Source: Phoronis australis (lineage: Eukaryota; Animalia; Phoronida). Taken from it: 64,000 nucleotides of DNA. The DNA is taken from NCBI GenBank assembly GCA_002633005.1, contig NMRA01000083.1, positions 897,161-961,160 on the forward strand. Reading direction: 5' to 3'. The stretch's first letter is position 1. Every line of letters starts with the position of its first letter. Shown piece by piece: positions 25,701-39,200 of this stretch. The notes below the pieces were generated by a model. The model saw nothing but the letters and a program-made list of their open reading frames with translations. It was not told where the DNA came from and searched no databases. The position numbers and the translations under genes are program-made.

Positions 25701-28700
25701 GAAGCAATTGATAAAATCTCGTTTGGTTCATGGTTTTATGGTGAGTAATTAAGAACGCTAACTCTCTTTAAAGCACACCTCCGCATTAATTTAGAACATG
25801 ATTTCAAAGATGACTCTGCTGTGGGGTTTTAGGAAAATATAGGTAAAATAGCTAGCCAAAATATACGGGTCTCTTATCGTCTTTTACACATTGAAGAACT
25901 TGATTTTTAACGGTTGAAATAGGCTTCCTAACTGACGGTTTGGGAACATGGGTGTATTCCGCAGTAAGCCTGTATTGTCAGAAGATGCCACAGGTTTATG
26001 TGCAAAAATATGTCTTGAAACACGAGCTTGCTCGACGCACTTTGGCGAATACCCAGCTACATGAAGACATAGCTTACCTTCTTACTACTATTCGTACTCA
26101 CATCCTTGGAATTATTAATGAAAATACAAATGTGCGGTTAAAATATCGTTTCAATAAGAATATGGTATTCATTGAGATGCTGACCTACGCGCAAGAGGCT
26201 TGGGCAAGGTAACATATGTGTGTTGAATCTTGAATAACAAATGTGTTAAAATGTCTGCGGAAGACACTTTTGTTCCTTCCTCTCTCCCTCGTTGCCTCCC
26301 CTCTATCCGTGCCCCTCCTCCCTGCCTGCCCTATCCCCTTCTCCCGCTACCTCTCCCGACTTCCCTCCCAGTCCAAAATCGAAAATGTGCTCTTGATTTA
26401 GATATAGTTACCCCCACTCCAGTTACGCTGTGAGCCCGGATATTCCCAAACAATATCACTTTAATTTGTGACACAGAACGATACGCATGATTATTTAACG
26501 TTTAGCATACTTTTTACCACGAGTGGGTGTCCATGGGGATGAGCTGTCATACCATACCTGTCCTCTTGTGGGGCTTATTATTTTTAACTTTCAAGAGATT
26601 ATTTTTTTATCTCAGTAATATTTCCTATCTACTGCACACAAGTATGTTGACGTACGGAATATCACTTGCCAAGTTATGGTCTCTTGTTCAGCTCTCGGAA
26701 AAGCACTGTTAGTTTCACGGGTCGCGTCCTATGCCGACCATCAATGTTGTTGCGAAGAAGGGAACTGGTTATGCAAGTGAGTGTTTACGGTACATAGCAC
26801 CATCAACATGCGCGTGGGGGCAGGGGAGTGGCTAGTCGGTTAACCAACCCTTAAACAGTGTTGGAAGTCCGCACAGTGAAAGTGTCACTATCGAGGCACA
26901 TTACACTCGAATTACACGTTAAACATTAACCCGACCTTTAGGGTCTTCCCGTGTTTCTTGGTAGTGCACGTGTGTTGTATTATTGTACTTACATTTGTGT
27001 TCTGCTGTATATCCATATAGTTCCGCTCGCAGCACCACCCAGCCCGTCCATGACTTGGGGTAGAATCGAACAAAGCGAGCCGCCATTCTTCTAGCCAGAA
27101 CGTTCGAAACCACCGTGGAATTGTCAAAGTTTCCGCTAAACAACTGTTCATGAATTCAAACAAATGATTAAAAACAAAATATAGTATACAAATCAAAAAC
27201 ATTCGAAGCTATTATAAGCCCGCCTTGTATCAAAAATAATAAATTAAAAATTGACAGCCTCGACAGAAAACAGGTCGGTTGTTATGAAACTCATCTTTAC
27301 ACAAAACAGCGAGTTCGATTTCGCTCAGTTACAACTGTACATTTACATGCTGGCAGTTGCCAAAGATCACTTGAAAATCTTTCCTAAAGGAATTTTTATT
27401 TTTGCCACGTTACAGGGACGGTCATTCCTACCTTACAGTCAGACGCGATTGTTTCCTTAAAACAGTTGTACGTGACATCGTCGTTTGAGTAGTGAAGTTC
27501 ATATGTTTCCAGCCATTGATTACAGCAGGACCTGCCCTGAAATATAATTCACACAAAGCGCGAGGAAAGGGTTTGTGGCTGAGTAAAGAGAGTACCTGAG
27601 GTGCTGAGTCATGTACATTTTAACAGTGTTGTTCACCGACATCTCATTGAGAGACGCTTGGTGTTTCTGATTACTACACAATTACTACATAAGGATGCTA
27701 TTAATTAAATTTCTTTGACTTCGTACAGACTACAAAAATTAGAAGATCTCAAACTTGAACCCATTCCACTTGTTGTGCGATAGCCAAGCTTTTATTTTGA
27801 ACTTGAGATGTCGCCAAAGACAAAGAAATCCACAACCCTACTTGTTTTGAATCACAAGTAAAAACTATTGTAATAGCGATTTTTGGTCTTATAGTCTCAT
27901 GCAGTGTCGTTTTTAAAAGAATGGTTTGGTTATGTCTTGGGTTGGAACCCATTTGCTCTGAGGGAAATAGAGTGGGAATTTTTAATACGCGAGTTTCATG
28001 TAGAATTTTATAGCACACAGTAAAACCATTTAAAAGAGCTGTTCAACTGCCATGTGAATAAAACAGTGAGTCAGGTAGCCATCCAGTTACCATTTTTTCT
28101 GATTAAAGTCAGACTTGAAAACCTTTTTCGTGAACAGCCTATTGATAGATGACGGGGCTCTCATGTTTATCTCATGTGTTTTGTGCCGTGTCCCCAACAT
28201 CAGGCTGCCTGTACTTTTTATCTATTTTTGGAAAGCAAGATNTCATCCAAGAAAAACCACGCGAAATCACGCGAGTAAAATGCGACTGTTTCGCGAGTAT
28301 GCTCGCGACATCATTAGTGTCCCCTAGCAACATTGCTGTCACTGAAGTGAGTGATATCTTTGTTGGTGAAGTTAAATTATTGAGCTATGGGAGATAATTG
28401 TCGGTTCCATAAAAGAAGATTTCTCGCAGCACATGCTACGCGAGTATCTTACGTCCACGGAACGCAGCCCGGGTCTCACTGTACCCTTATTTCAAGAACG
28501 CCCCACATGTTGAAAAGCTTTCTATTTTTACTGTTTGGATGACTGCATACCTGCGTAGCAACCTTAACGATGACGTACTCTCTGTCAAGGCTTATTTGGA
28601 GCCACTGGTCGTCAAGTGAAGCTGCTGCCCAACCCGGACTGTTGTTCAACCGAGCTTTGTGAGCTGAACTGTAGCTGTTTTTCGCTGAACTAGCCGACAT

Positions 28701-31700
28701 TGTTGAGTTGAGAATGTCGCCATTTTCTAAGCCGAGGGGATGAAGCACGTTCAAAGCCGATTGATCTGAAATGGGTGTGTGTATTAAAATTCTACTGGCC
28801 ACCACCAAAATTACAATTTTGATTATTTGCACAACAACACATTACTTTTGTTTTTCTAAACTGGCCTCCGACCCTTTGTTAAAAAAAAGATAGAAAGTAA
28901 TAGACCTATGTACTGACACGCATATGCTCACACAAACACGCGTTGGTGTTTGCAATTCAACTAACGCAAGATTATAATTCAACGTCTACTACATTCCCCC
29001 CACGGACTAAAATCTTAGTTAAGTTAATGGTAACATTAATATTTTGAGATTGTGGATTAAGCTCACGCTATACCATTCATAACAACTGGAATGTCAAATT
29101 TATGTTGAAAGTCAATACATACAAGGGACACACCAGCTAAAATGAGATTCATTCTCTCACTCCCATTAACTTCAACGAACAGCGTGTGCAAACAGTACAA
29201 TGTAATCTTTCTTTTTAAAGAAAAGTGACACTGTTCCCAGTTGTTCAACGAATTTGCAAAAGAATGGCTATTCCCTAGAATTAGTCAATAGGGTACTGAA
29301 CAACGAATTTGCAACAGAATGGCTATCCCCTAGAATTAGTCAATAGGGTACTGAACAACGAATTTGCAAAAGAATGGCTATCCCCTAGAATTAGTCAATA
29401 GGGTACTGAACAACGAATTTGCAAAAGAATGTCTGTCCCCTAGAATTAGTCAATAGGGTACTGAACAACGAATTTTGCAAAAGAATGTCTGTCCCCTAGA
29501 ATTAGTCAATAGGGTACTGAAAGCAAGACTCCAACGTAACCCTGATGTTAATCCTGTAGACAAAACTAACTACAAGTACTTTAAAATTCCCTATGTTGGG
29601 TTTTACTCCAAAATTGCTCAACGAAAACTCAACAAATTGGTGAATGATTACTGTGTGAACTTAAGAGTTGTATTAACATTCAAGTCTCTAAAACTGTCGA
29701 ATTTATTTAACCCAAGGACAAAATTTCTATGGGTCTACGGTCCAAGGTAGTATACAAATTTATCTGTGCTGGATGTGGCTCCAGTTATATAGGCGAAACT
29801 GTTCGCCATTTGAAAACCAGGACCAAGGAACATCTAAATTCTGACAGAAATTCACATGTAAATATTCAAAATAATACAGTGCTCCAATCATTTTTATCAG
29901 CAGAGTTGCTCTTTCAATGACTTTGCAATAATAGACCAGGCAGTAACAACAAAAGAGCTTAAAATTCGTGAGGCTTTACACATCAGTTGGTGCAAGCCCA
30001 ATCTCAATAGGCAAGTGACACATCATTGTTAGTCTAGTTCATTGTCACTCCCTGTAACTGACTGTATCTGTGCTTCATTACTTGTTGCTGGGCCTAGCTA
30101 GGTGGCCATTGTATTCTCACTTCTGAAGATGGTGTTGAATAAATGACACGGAAACATGCCAAGTCTTAAAGCCGTTGTTGTTTTCTTTAATATATGCTGC
30201 TACTTGCTACCATGGAGATGTTCTGATAAATATTTTGATCACCGGTCCATATTTCTTCAGTTGTAAATTTGATGAACTAATACATGTACTTACCACCTTT
30301 AAATTGCAATGGTCTGCTAAATTATTTATTTGAAAAAAAATTCTCACACTCCATAAAATTCCATGCTGACATTCAAAACTTTTCTGGTGGAAAGTTTACC
30401 ATTTGTGAAGATTGTATCCGAGTATTTGATGAACATTTGCTGAGATGCTATGCTGCTACCTTCCACTTTACCGGCGTCGTCTGCTACAGATGGAAAGTAC
30501 GCATAGGTTGCGCCATTCTCATCGAAAATGACGCAGTCTAATGAATTGGAGACCTGAAAGAAACGATTCCTCTAATTTAATGTGGTGTTGGATACACATG
30601 AAAACTATTATTTTAGTAAAATTACACACTGAACACTGATTGTTACAGGATGGGGAACAGTGAACTAACAACATGAAGAAGCGACAATTGTAAAATTATG
30701 TGAATTAGACGTGAGTGGTGTTTTCCACATTAATTTCTCGTTACGTCTTCGTATGCGTGGTATTTAACGTGGCTTTACTCACATTAAGGTATTCGGGATT
30801 CTCAAACATCTGGCTGAGTTCGTTCCAGGTATAAATTATAGATTGGTGCGTAGCGTTGCTTTGTGCTAGTCCAAGGTAGAGGGCGCCTGCATCAGAACGG
30901 TGGATGCACAGGCCACCAATCGAGCGGTGCTTCAGGGTTTGGTAAAGCGTGAACAAACCTATGGGTAAAATGAAACCAAATGTATTTCTCAATGCTTGCT
31001 ACCCGTGACAATTTCCTTTCTAAGTTATGACAAAACATATCTTGGCAGTGTTATTTCAGGCTCTTCATATAATGCCGGCTAAAAGATTTCACCCAAACTA
31101 CTGATTGTCATGCTTCGACATGGAAGAAAAATATGATTCAGCTTCGAGAATTAGATGGTGTGACATGAGGCGTTTGGTGTTTTCCCGCATGCGCCGATTA
31201 AGTCGTTCAACAACGCTTGCCTATTTAACAAATCTTGCAAACTTATTGGTTGAAAGAATTCCATGGCTGGGCCGCAAAATGCAATTTCGGAACTCAACTC
31301 CCGAATCAACACCAAACTCGGGCTACAAATTCCGTAGCCGAACCTCCGAACTCCACTTACACACCGAAAATACTCCAAAGCCGGTAATCAAACTCTATAT
31401 CTGGGTCATGAATGCGGGACTGGAGAATTGGACTGCGAGTATAGAGTTTGATCAGTGGACATGTAGTATTTTCGGTGCGTTTGTGGAGTTTAAGGCCGCG
31501 GGTATGGAATTTGTATACTCGTTAGTTTAGAGTTGACTTTGCTCTTCCGATAATTCTTCCATCCTTTGAAACTTGATGATTGACGAAGGTCTCAAAGTAT
31601 TAATCTTATGAACTAATTCAGTTGTGAATACTAACCGTTCAGTGACAGGCTAAAATGACGGTTGATTGCTATTTTTAGTGGTGATAATTAGAAAACGAAA

Positions 31701-34700
31701 CAAAATCCAAAACGACCGAACAGTCTACTCAAATAGAAACACAGGTTTTCAAAGATTCTGCTACCGATTTGTCTCAAATGGTGATTACAAGATAAACATT
31801 CTTTAACCGAGCGAATCTCACCAATGCCTTTGTTTTAAAATGAGTCCATTCTCGGTCTCTTTACACATTTTCAACACAAGTCATAAACAAAAAAATATAT
31901 AAGACAGATATGCGCCTTAACTCCCACCTGTAGTCTTGTCAAATCTGTGTACCGTCACATTGGCATCCTCAGATGTGGAGTATGTACCGGTGTCATCAAC
32001 TTGGAGACTTGCGGACACAATGTAGTGCGTGTCGTCACTTACAAAAACTACCGATTGTCTGCAACGACGTGACTTAAAATTATAAAATCAGAAATGATGC
32101 TCTTTATTTAAGCAACGAGACACCACTAGAAAATAAACATTTTTTCAACTTCAATTTAGAAATTGGTTGTCAAACTTCTTTGTAATTAAACGTGTAAATC
32201 GGATATCTTGGCACTCGTTTCAACAACTTGGTTCACATGGTGCAGTGGAGCGTAGACGAACGTAGACGAACTACACCACCTTTTCCATCATTACGGTAGC
32301 GCATAGCTTTAGACTTACCCGGTGGACATTTCTGCACGTGCGACAATCTGCTTATTCAATGCAACCAGTAAGAGTATGACGCGGGATTAGCTTTGTGAAC
32401 CAACGGCAGCGGGTATTGGCTTACGGGTCAAAGGTATCTCCATGCGCACACCCGGGGGGGCTCATAGGAGCCCCGTTTGGAGAAGTGGGCAGACCGCCAC
32501 TGAATGTTACACAGGTTTTCTCGTAAAGGCAAAACTATTGATCTAGACGCTTTGGATGTCAAGGAGCAGTCGAAATTTTGGTAGGGACTCCCTTTCTGCA
32601 ATTAAACAATGTCGCCGCTCGTGTTGCTTAGTTGCAAATCGCTGTATAATGACATCGTTCACTGCGATAAGAAGTCAAACTCACACTACTCCGTTTGGAG
32701 CACTCAAGCATGTATTCTTCGACCACCAGCAACTTCTGCAGTTATGTGACCTGGTGAATATGCTGGGTTTACTCTTCCTCCTTAACATCTAATTTGCCCT
32801 CGACGCACGCATCGGAACCGGCTCTTTTCGACGTGTGAATGAGTCTCTCCTTTGGCCTCTCAAATTAATATTATTGATGTTGTTGAAGACTTCGGAACCT
32901 TACATGGTTAGAAGATCTGGGTATTTTGTCAGGTCTGCCATGCTTCATGCAGCCTATTCCTCGCGTATGCCACAGTCTGCTTCCATGGTGACGCCTAAGC
33001 CCGATCCTCAAGCGTTCTACTTAAATTACTCCATCAACTTAGACCCTGACAATGTTCAAAGACATTGTTGAATCATACTGCTCAAGCAAATTTAATGCAA
33101 CAAACCTTCATACGTTTGCCAAATTTTCCGCTAGTCACTACATTTTAGTCGACTGTTAGTCGATAATAAGTCGTTTTACAAGTTGATGTATTATGGTAGC
33201 GAGTAAAGCACTGAATTGTCGCTTCTACTAATGTGAAACGAATTATGTTAGTCTGCCTGTTCATATGTTTTGTTTTCAATTGATAATGGTTAATTAGTAG
33301 TTTCCATCGGGACTGGTATTTTTCTTTGTCATCCATGTATTTGTATCTGAGGACTATAATTCATATTTTGTACCTTTATAAATATTTCATAACCGACACC
33401 ACCATGTAAATCTGGACACAAGCTATATGGCCAACATAACAAATACTGTAAACCGTCTCCTTAATCCCACGAAAGTGCTCAGACATTGGCAATGATTTAG
33501 TTGATACCCTTAATATTGGAGACAACGAAAATGCGTTTCAGATTAATAAATCCAACTATTATGACAATGAAGGTTTGAAGGCAATAACATGACGATGAAT
33601 GCGAATTAATATTCTATCACTCAACGCAAAATGTGATCTTTTTAGAGTCATTCTTGATGTTTGTTGTCACCAGTGCTTACAAAAGTCACGGCTATCAACA
33701 ACAGATAATTCCTCACCGTGCAATCTAGACAACCAGAACATACACTTTAAAGGTTACTCATCAGACTGTAGTACTCATGGTAAACTAGTCACGTACACCA
33801 GAAAATATTTGTGTAATGATAAGAAGATATTTTGTACAATTTTAAAACGTACGAATGCTTACTCTCTCATATCAAGTTACACAACAAACATAAACCTATT
33901 GCAAACATTTAAAAGCCCACACGCGTCCAGACAGCCTCATGCAGGTCTTTTTGAATGAGATTACGGGCGTCATTATTGAATGGAATGCAAATAACAAAAG
34001 AACCCACTGTTGCCGACTATCTCGATGTATTAAAATTTAATTACAACCACAAATTTCACAAGACAAAATTTCTAGCCTCCACCTACTACAAAGCATCACT
34101 TATCGTTCAAAGGTAAACTAGACGTCAGCATCTCTGATTACATTAATTTAGTAAACATCTACTGACAACACCAAAATATCTCTCAGTGCCATATTCTTCT
34201 CCAGTCTATCTGACCATTTTCCTACCTTTATCTCAGTAGTGCCTCTATTAATTACAAATCAAACATCGCAAAAAGAATTTGAACAAAAGTGTATGCCAAA
34301 GAATGAGAACAACTTTTTGAATATATTCAAAAAGATTAACTTCGATCTTATTTTCATTCAAAATCAACGTTCAAACCCGGAAACTAGGTATGCAACACTG
34401 CTCAATATCATCATTAAGTTGATTTAAAACATTTTTCCTACAAAAGTACACAGTTCAGTAAATACCAGCGCAAAATGAACCCATGGATTACACAAGTCTT
34501 CTTATTATGATAAGAAATAAAGATTGACTGCACAAAAATAAACTGACATCCACTACTTGAGCGAAAGGGCAACTTCAGTAAAATTTGAAATTACTTTATC
34601 ACACTCCAAATAATGTTAACTTTCACAAAAATCTCAACAAAAATAAACAAGAATCCAACAAGACAAGAAATGCGATCAAGAGTATTTTCAAAACGAACAG

Positions 34701-36211
34701 CAATTCTGTCATATTAACGGTCTCACTATCATTGTCATGTTAATAAATAATAAATATATCATCATCAATCAGTGTTTTGACACGGATTGTTTTTCAATTG
34801 ATTTAAACACTGTCAAAGCTGTGCCTAACTACAAAGGGTTACACAACCACAGCCCTGTCTCTCTACTCCCTGCTTTCTCAAAATTATTAGAAAACATTTG
34901 CTATAACCAGCTTTGTGACTGCCTTACTACAAACAAACTCTTTTATGATCCTCAATATGGTTTTCAGGATGACGATCAACAAACTTAAGTTCGCTACACT
35001 CGAACTCACTGAGAGAATTAACGGACATATGGTCAAGGTAGTGAACCCAACAATAATCTTTTTAGACCTTTCAAAACCTTTTGACACGTTAGACCATGGT
35101 ATGTTGTGAAATAAACTTTCATTTTACTGTACAATTGGAGGTTTTATGACAATTCACCCTGCCAAAAATCAAGTACTATCTAGGGTTTACCCCAAGGATT
35201 TTTCTTGGTCCCCTCCGCTTACTTATTTACGTAAATAACCTCTACAAATCAGCTTCTTTTGAGACCCTTGGGCATGCTGATGATACTTGTCTTATATAAA
35301 TGCACACTCTAGGCTACAAAACCTCTAAATAACGAAAATGAAATTAATAATAAGTTATCAGACACATTCGCATGGTTATCAGTCAGCAGTCAAAACTAAA
35401 TACATAGTATTCCATGTAAAATATAATATCGGTGCGTAAGCTTACTATAAACAGTCAAAGTATAACTTCATTAAAACATTTAAGTTTTTGGGAATAAAGT
35501 TTGACGGCTCTTTTTCCTGATCTGAACGTTAATCTGGCAGGAACAAAAATTGCCCAAACCTGTGGCGTACTCAATAAACTGATGCTCTTTATCACGCTGA
35601 CAACGATTCACTACTTGAGTCACACTCACTTAATTTTTTGGCATCACAAGATGAGCATTTAAAAAGCCAGGAGATTAAAATTCCTTCACAAACGAGCTTT
35701 TGCTTTTTAATAGATAAATCACCAACTCAAACTATTTTGCCTTTTCAAATCCAATATGCAAATTTTTGAAATACCTGTGATAGAAGACACTCTTAATATA
35801 TCCTGCTTGACAATTTATTTCAAGTTCTCACAAAATCGACTTTTGTTCAAAACAATTTCTTTTGATATCACGACCGAAACAACAGATCAATCAGAAATTC
35901 TAGTTCGCCAGATCTCTTAGAAAACTTTATTGATATTTATCGCGACTACAGTCCTATACTGAAAACTCAATTTTGCAAATCAGTCACGACAACTCGCTGT
36001 TTACGTTCCTAGAAATATCAGTGAAAATCAAATACCCTCTCTTGTTCTAGATGAGATGAATACTCACTTGCTGGACTTTCAAAATATTACAGCAACATAT
36101 TTTTGATACGCTTTTACTATGCCACGGCCCTAGCTGCTTGTCCTGCAACTATGTCTAACGGGAACAACCACAAACAAATTCCACTATAACACAGACACAC
36201 TACAAAATTTT

Positions 36212-36273
<62 letters not shown>

Positions 36274-39200
36274 NNNNNNNNNNNNNNNNNNNNNNNNNNN
36301 NNNNNNNNNNNNNNNNNNNNNNNNNNNNNNNNNNNNNNNNNNNNNNNNNNNNNNNNNNNNNNNNNNNNNNNNNNNNNNNNNNNNNNNNNNNNNNNNNNNN
36401 NNNNNNNNNNNNNNNNNNNNNNNNNNNNNNNNNNNNNNNNNNNNNNNNNNNNNNNNNNNNNNNNNNNNNNNNNNNNNNNNNNNNNNNNNNNNNNNNNNNN
36501 NNNNNNNNNNNNNNNNNNNNNNNNNNNNNNNNNNNNNNNNNNNNNNNNNNNNNNNNNNNNNNNNNNNNNNNNNNNNNNNNNNNNNNNNNNNNNNNNNNNN
36601 NNNNNNNNNNNNNNNNNNNNNNNNNNNNNNNNNNNNNNNNNNNNNNCTCTCCCTCTCTTTCTCTCTCTCCCCGTCCCTCTCTCTCTCTCTCCCCGTCCCT
36701 CTCTCTCTCCCCGTCTCTCTCATCCAATTGGTATTCCCATTCACCATTCAACAATCAAAATTGACTCTTTTCCTCCGGATTTCTTAGATCCTGCCCTTCA
36801 GTACCTGACATTGGTAAGGTTAGGAATATTAACAAAAATCTGTCACCGAAATAATTATTCCAGAATTGGACAGGAAGACGAGCTGCTACGACAAGCGCCT
36901 GACGGCGGGTCGTTATCCGATCTTGACCTTGCTATTGCTGTTACAAGGTTGAAAGCTTAGAAGTGGAGCCAGGGTTTCTTGAGATGCACGTAAACATAGA
37001 AACAAATAAGGGCTTTCATTTAATGAACATCTTCGAAAATGACACTATATACTGTTTTACTATTTTCTATACCTTGCAATTAGGCAAAACTTGATCCAGT
37101 TGAAAGCAATGGCCATAATTCGTCGTTTTATTGGCAGGGGACATTCGATGTGTTGTCTAAAAACTGTATTCTGGATGATTCATCCTGTTGAAATTTTTAG
37201 GGCGCTTTGAAGAAACACCAAAATGTCCTGTAAGACCGGACACTGACGACACACTGCGGAATCCAATGCAAAATGTCCAACCATGAAAGCTTTTAATTCG
37301 TTTGTGGTACGCCAGCACTAACAAAAGTCTACTACCAAGCTACCTTATGGAGATCTTATTGAGAACTATACTTACTGTGCGTTTTCAATGGCTTCTAAGC
37401 TTTGATAAAAGGTGTACTCTCGTTTTCGTGGATCATAATAGTAAACGGATGGAGTAGAAGATGCATTGTAGTTACATTCGTTGACGCCATTGCTTCCTGT
37501 GAAGGTGGATACCAAATTTCGCCTAGAGAAACAAAGGTTTTGGTTACTTTTGAGGCTTTTACCATCTCTTTTGGTGAGAAGACACAGCAAAAGCGGCTCG
37601 ATATTGACCACTTATCGCTATAAAGTTGGTATAAATTGTACCTTACTCGGATGTGATTGAGGTGATTTCCGCATGGCCGCTGACAATTTTTAGTCGTCGA
37701 GAGTATGCTCGGTGCATGGAATGATATGCTAGACAAGCCAGCGTGTAGAGCCTAGTCTCACGGAAGCAACGCCGAGCTGTGCCGTCTTCCGAAGCCCTGT
37801 AATCTTCTTCAATTTTACTAAGGAAAATTGACGGTAAGCGGTCTAAATTAAAAGCTGTTTTTGCGGTGGAAGGAGGGTTTCTGGCCGCTTGGAAGAAACA
37901 TGATTGGTTTCAGGGATAATTATTAGATAGGTAGAGCTGCTTAAGTAATAAGCTTAGTAGATGAGAGCTATAAAACAACAAAACTTGATCATATGTTTTT
38001 GTTATTAGACATCGCCAATTCCCGACGTTGACTTATAGACTATAGGTTGCGCTAAACATCAGTGGTGGCCGCTGCCAGTTTTCAGCGCCAAAATATTGAA
38101 ATCTAGGAGTAGGCCAGGCTTGGGGGCAGTTTTTAGGTAAGTGCTGCATGTACTCTCAGTGAATGTGGTTTGATTGTATTTGTAACGGTATTGAGAATGA
38201 GAAAAGACCAGTTGCTCGGCTGAGCTGCATTCTTCTTCAACATGGCGGCCCCCTTTTGCATTTGTGCATCGGTAGGTAGCGACTGAGAAATTGACTGCGA
38301 TTTCAGGTACTCAGAGTTGATTGTACTTTTGGACCACATTGGAATCTGTAGGAAATTCACTTTCAGAATCTAATGTTGATTTATGTCGCGCATCGGCGGG
38401 GAAGTGATGGTTTTGGGGGAAAAGTGCCAGTTTTGTGTTTTTGCCCCCTTTCTCCTTTGCCTACCTTGTTTTTCAGTAGGTGTGAAAGGGCAAAAATACA
38501 AGACACACTTAAGTTTCTGAGCTCATTTGTAGGGAATTTGGTGTGAAATGACTCAAAACATGTCATTCTTTGCATACGGTTTTCGACAGTGTGAAGAAAA
38601 TGTGACAAGTCCATTGATGTGTATTTTGCTAGGCAAAATCCTGTGAACTGTTCTTTGCTCCCTTAGGCTGAATTAAGTGAAACCGATGCCGGTGGCTAAG
38701 GTAATTCGCTTAAAATCCGCACCTATTTGGCAAATTGGCTTTCATCTCTACTAGGAAAGCGTCGGACTACTACTACCGAAGTCATGGGCTCGAATCCGCC
38801 TCAGGGCCAATCTCAAAAACGCAACAATTTCGCCGGTTATGCGTTGTGCATTGGTGTTCGAGTATACACGTAATTGCAATATGATGATGTAAACTTAGCC
38901 TGCAATACATTGGCAACAAAGTCGTCTTGTTAACAAGGTTTGTAACTCACCCATTAACCACAATCAAAAAATGTTTTCCATCAATTGTAACGTGCTGAAT
39001 TCCCGATGCAATGGTGGTGTTTACTACCTCTTTCAGTAGAGGTTCCTGTTGTGTGAAATCTGAAAAGTAAGTACGCCATATATAGAACGTCTTGTTTATT
39101 TTATCATTCAGCTTCCATTATCTGACATATACCCGTCTTCCATGAAAAGAAATTAATTTTGATTTACACTAATCTTTAAAACCGAGCACTATTGCTTGAT

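Larger units (their letters stand above)
29246..30222 (+). mobile_element. 5'-truncated Penelope-like retroelement (GIY-YIG endonuclease plus pLTR), antisense within intron 7 of gene A
   Basis: KNGYP...FKIPYVGFYS; VVYKFICAGCGSSYIGETVRHLKTRTKEH; LKIREALHISWCKPNLNRQ; frameshifted; followed by a hammerhead-containing 3' region. Confidence 0.92.

Noticed and set aside
29246-29521. CRISPR-like array
   Set aside because: Units are contiguous with no unique spacers, derive from Penelope coding sequence, and the context is eukaryotic.
30294-30313. 20-nt micro-exon (cag|ACCATTGCAATTTAAAGGTG|gtaagt) between exons 7 and 8
   Set aside because: It would shift phase 1 to phase 0 and break the frame; exons 7 and 8 join in frame without it.
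36184-36764. 184-187-aa ORFs in the track
   Set aside because: Artefacts of microsatellites and the N gap.
37646-37678. 33-nt candidate exon between exons 3 and 4 of gene A
   Set aside because: It is symmetric, so it does not solve the phase problem, and has no homology support.
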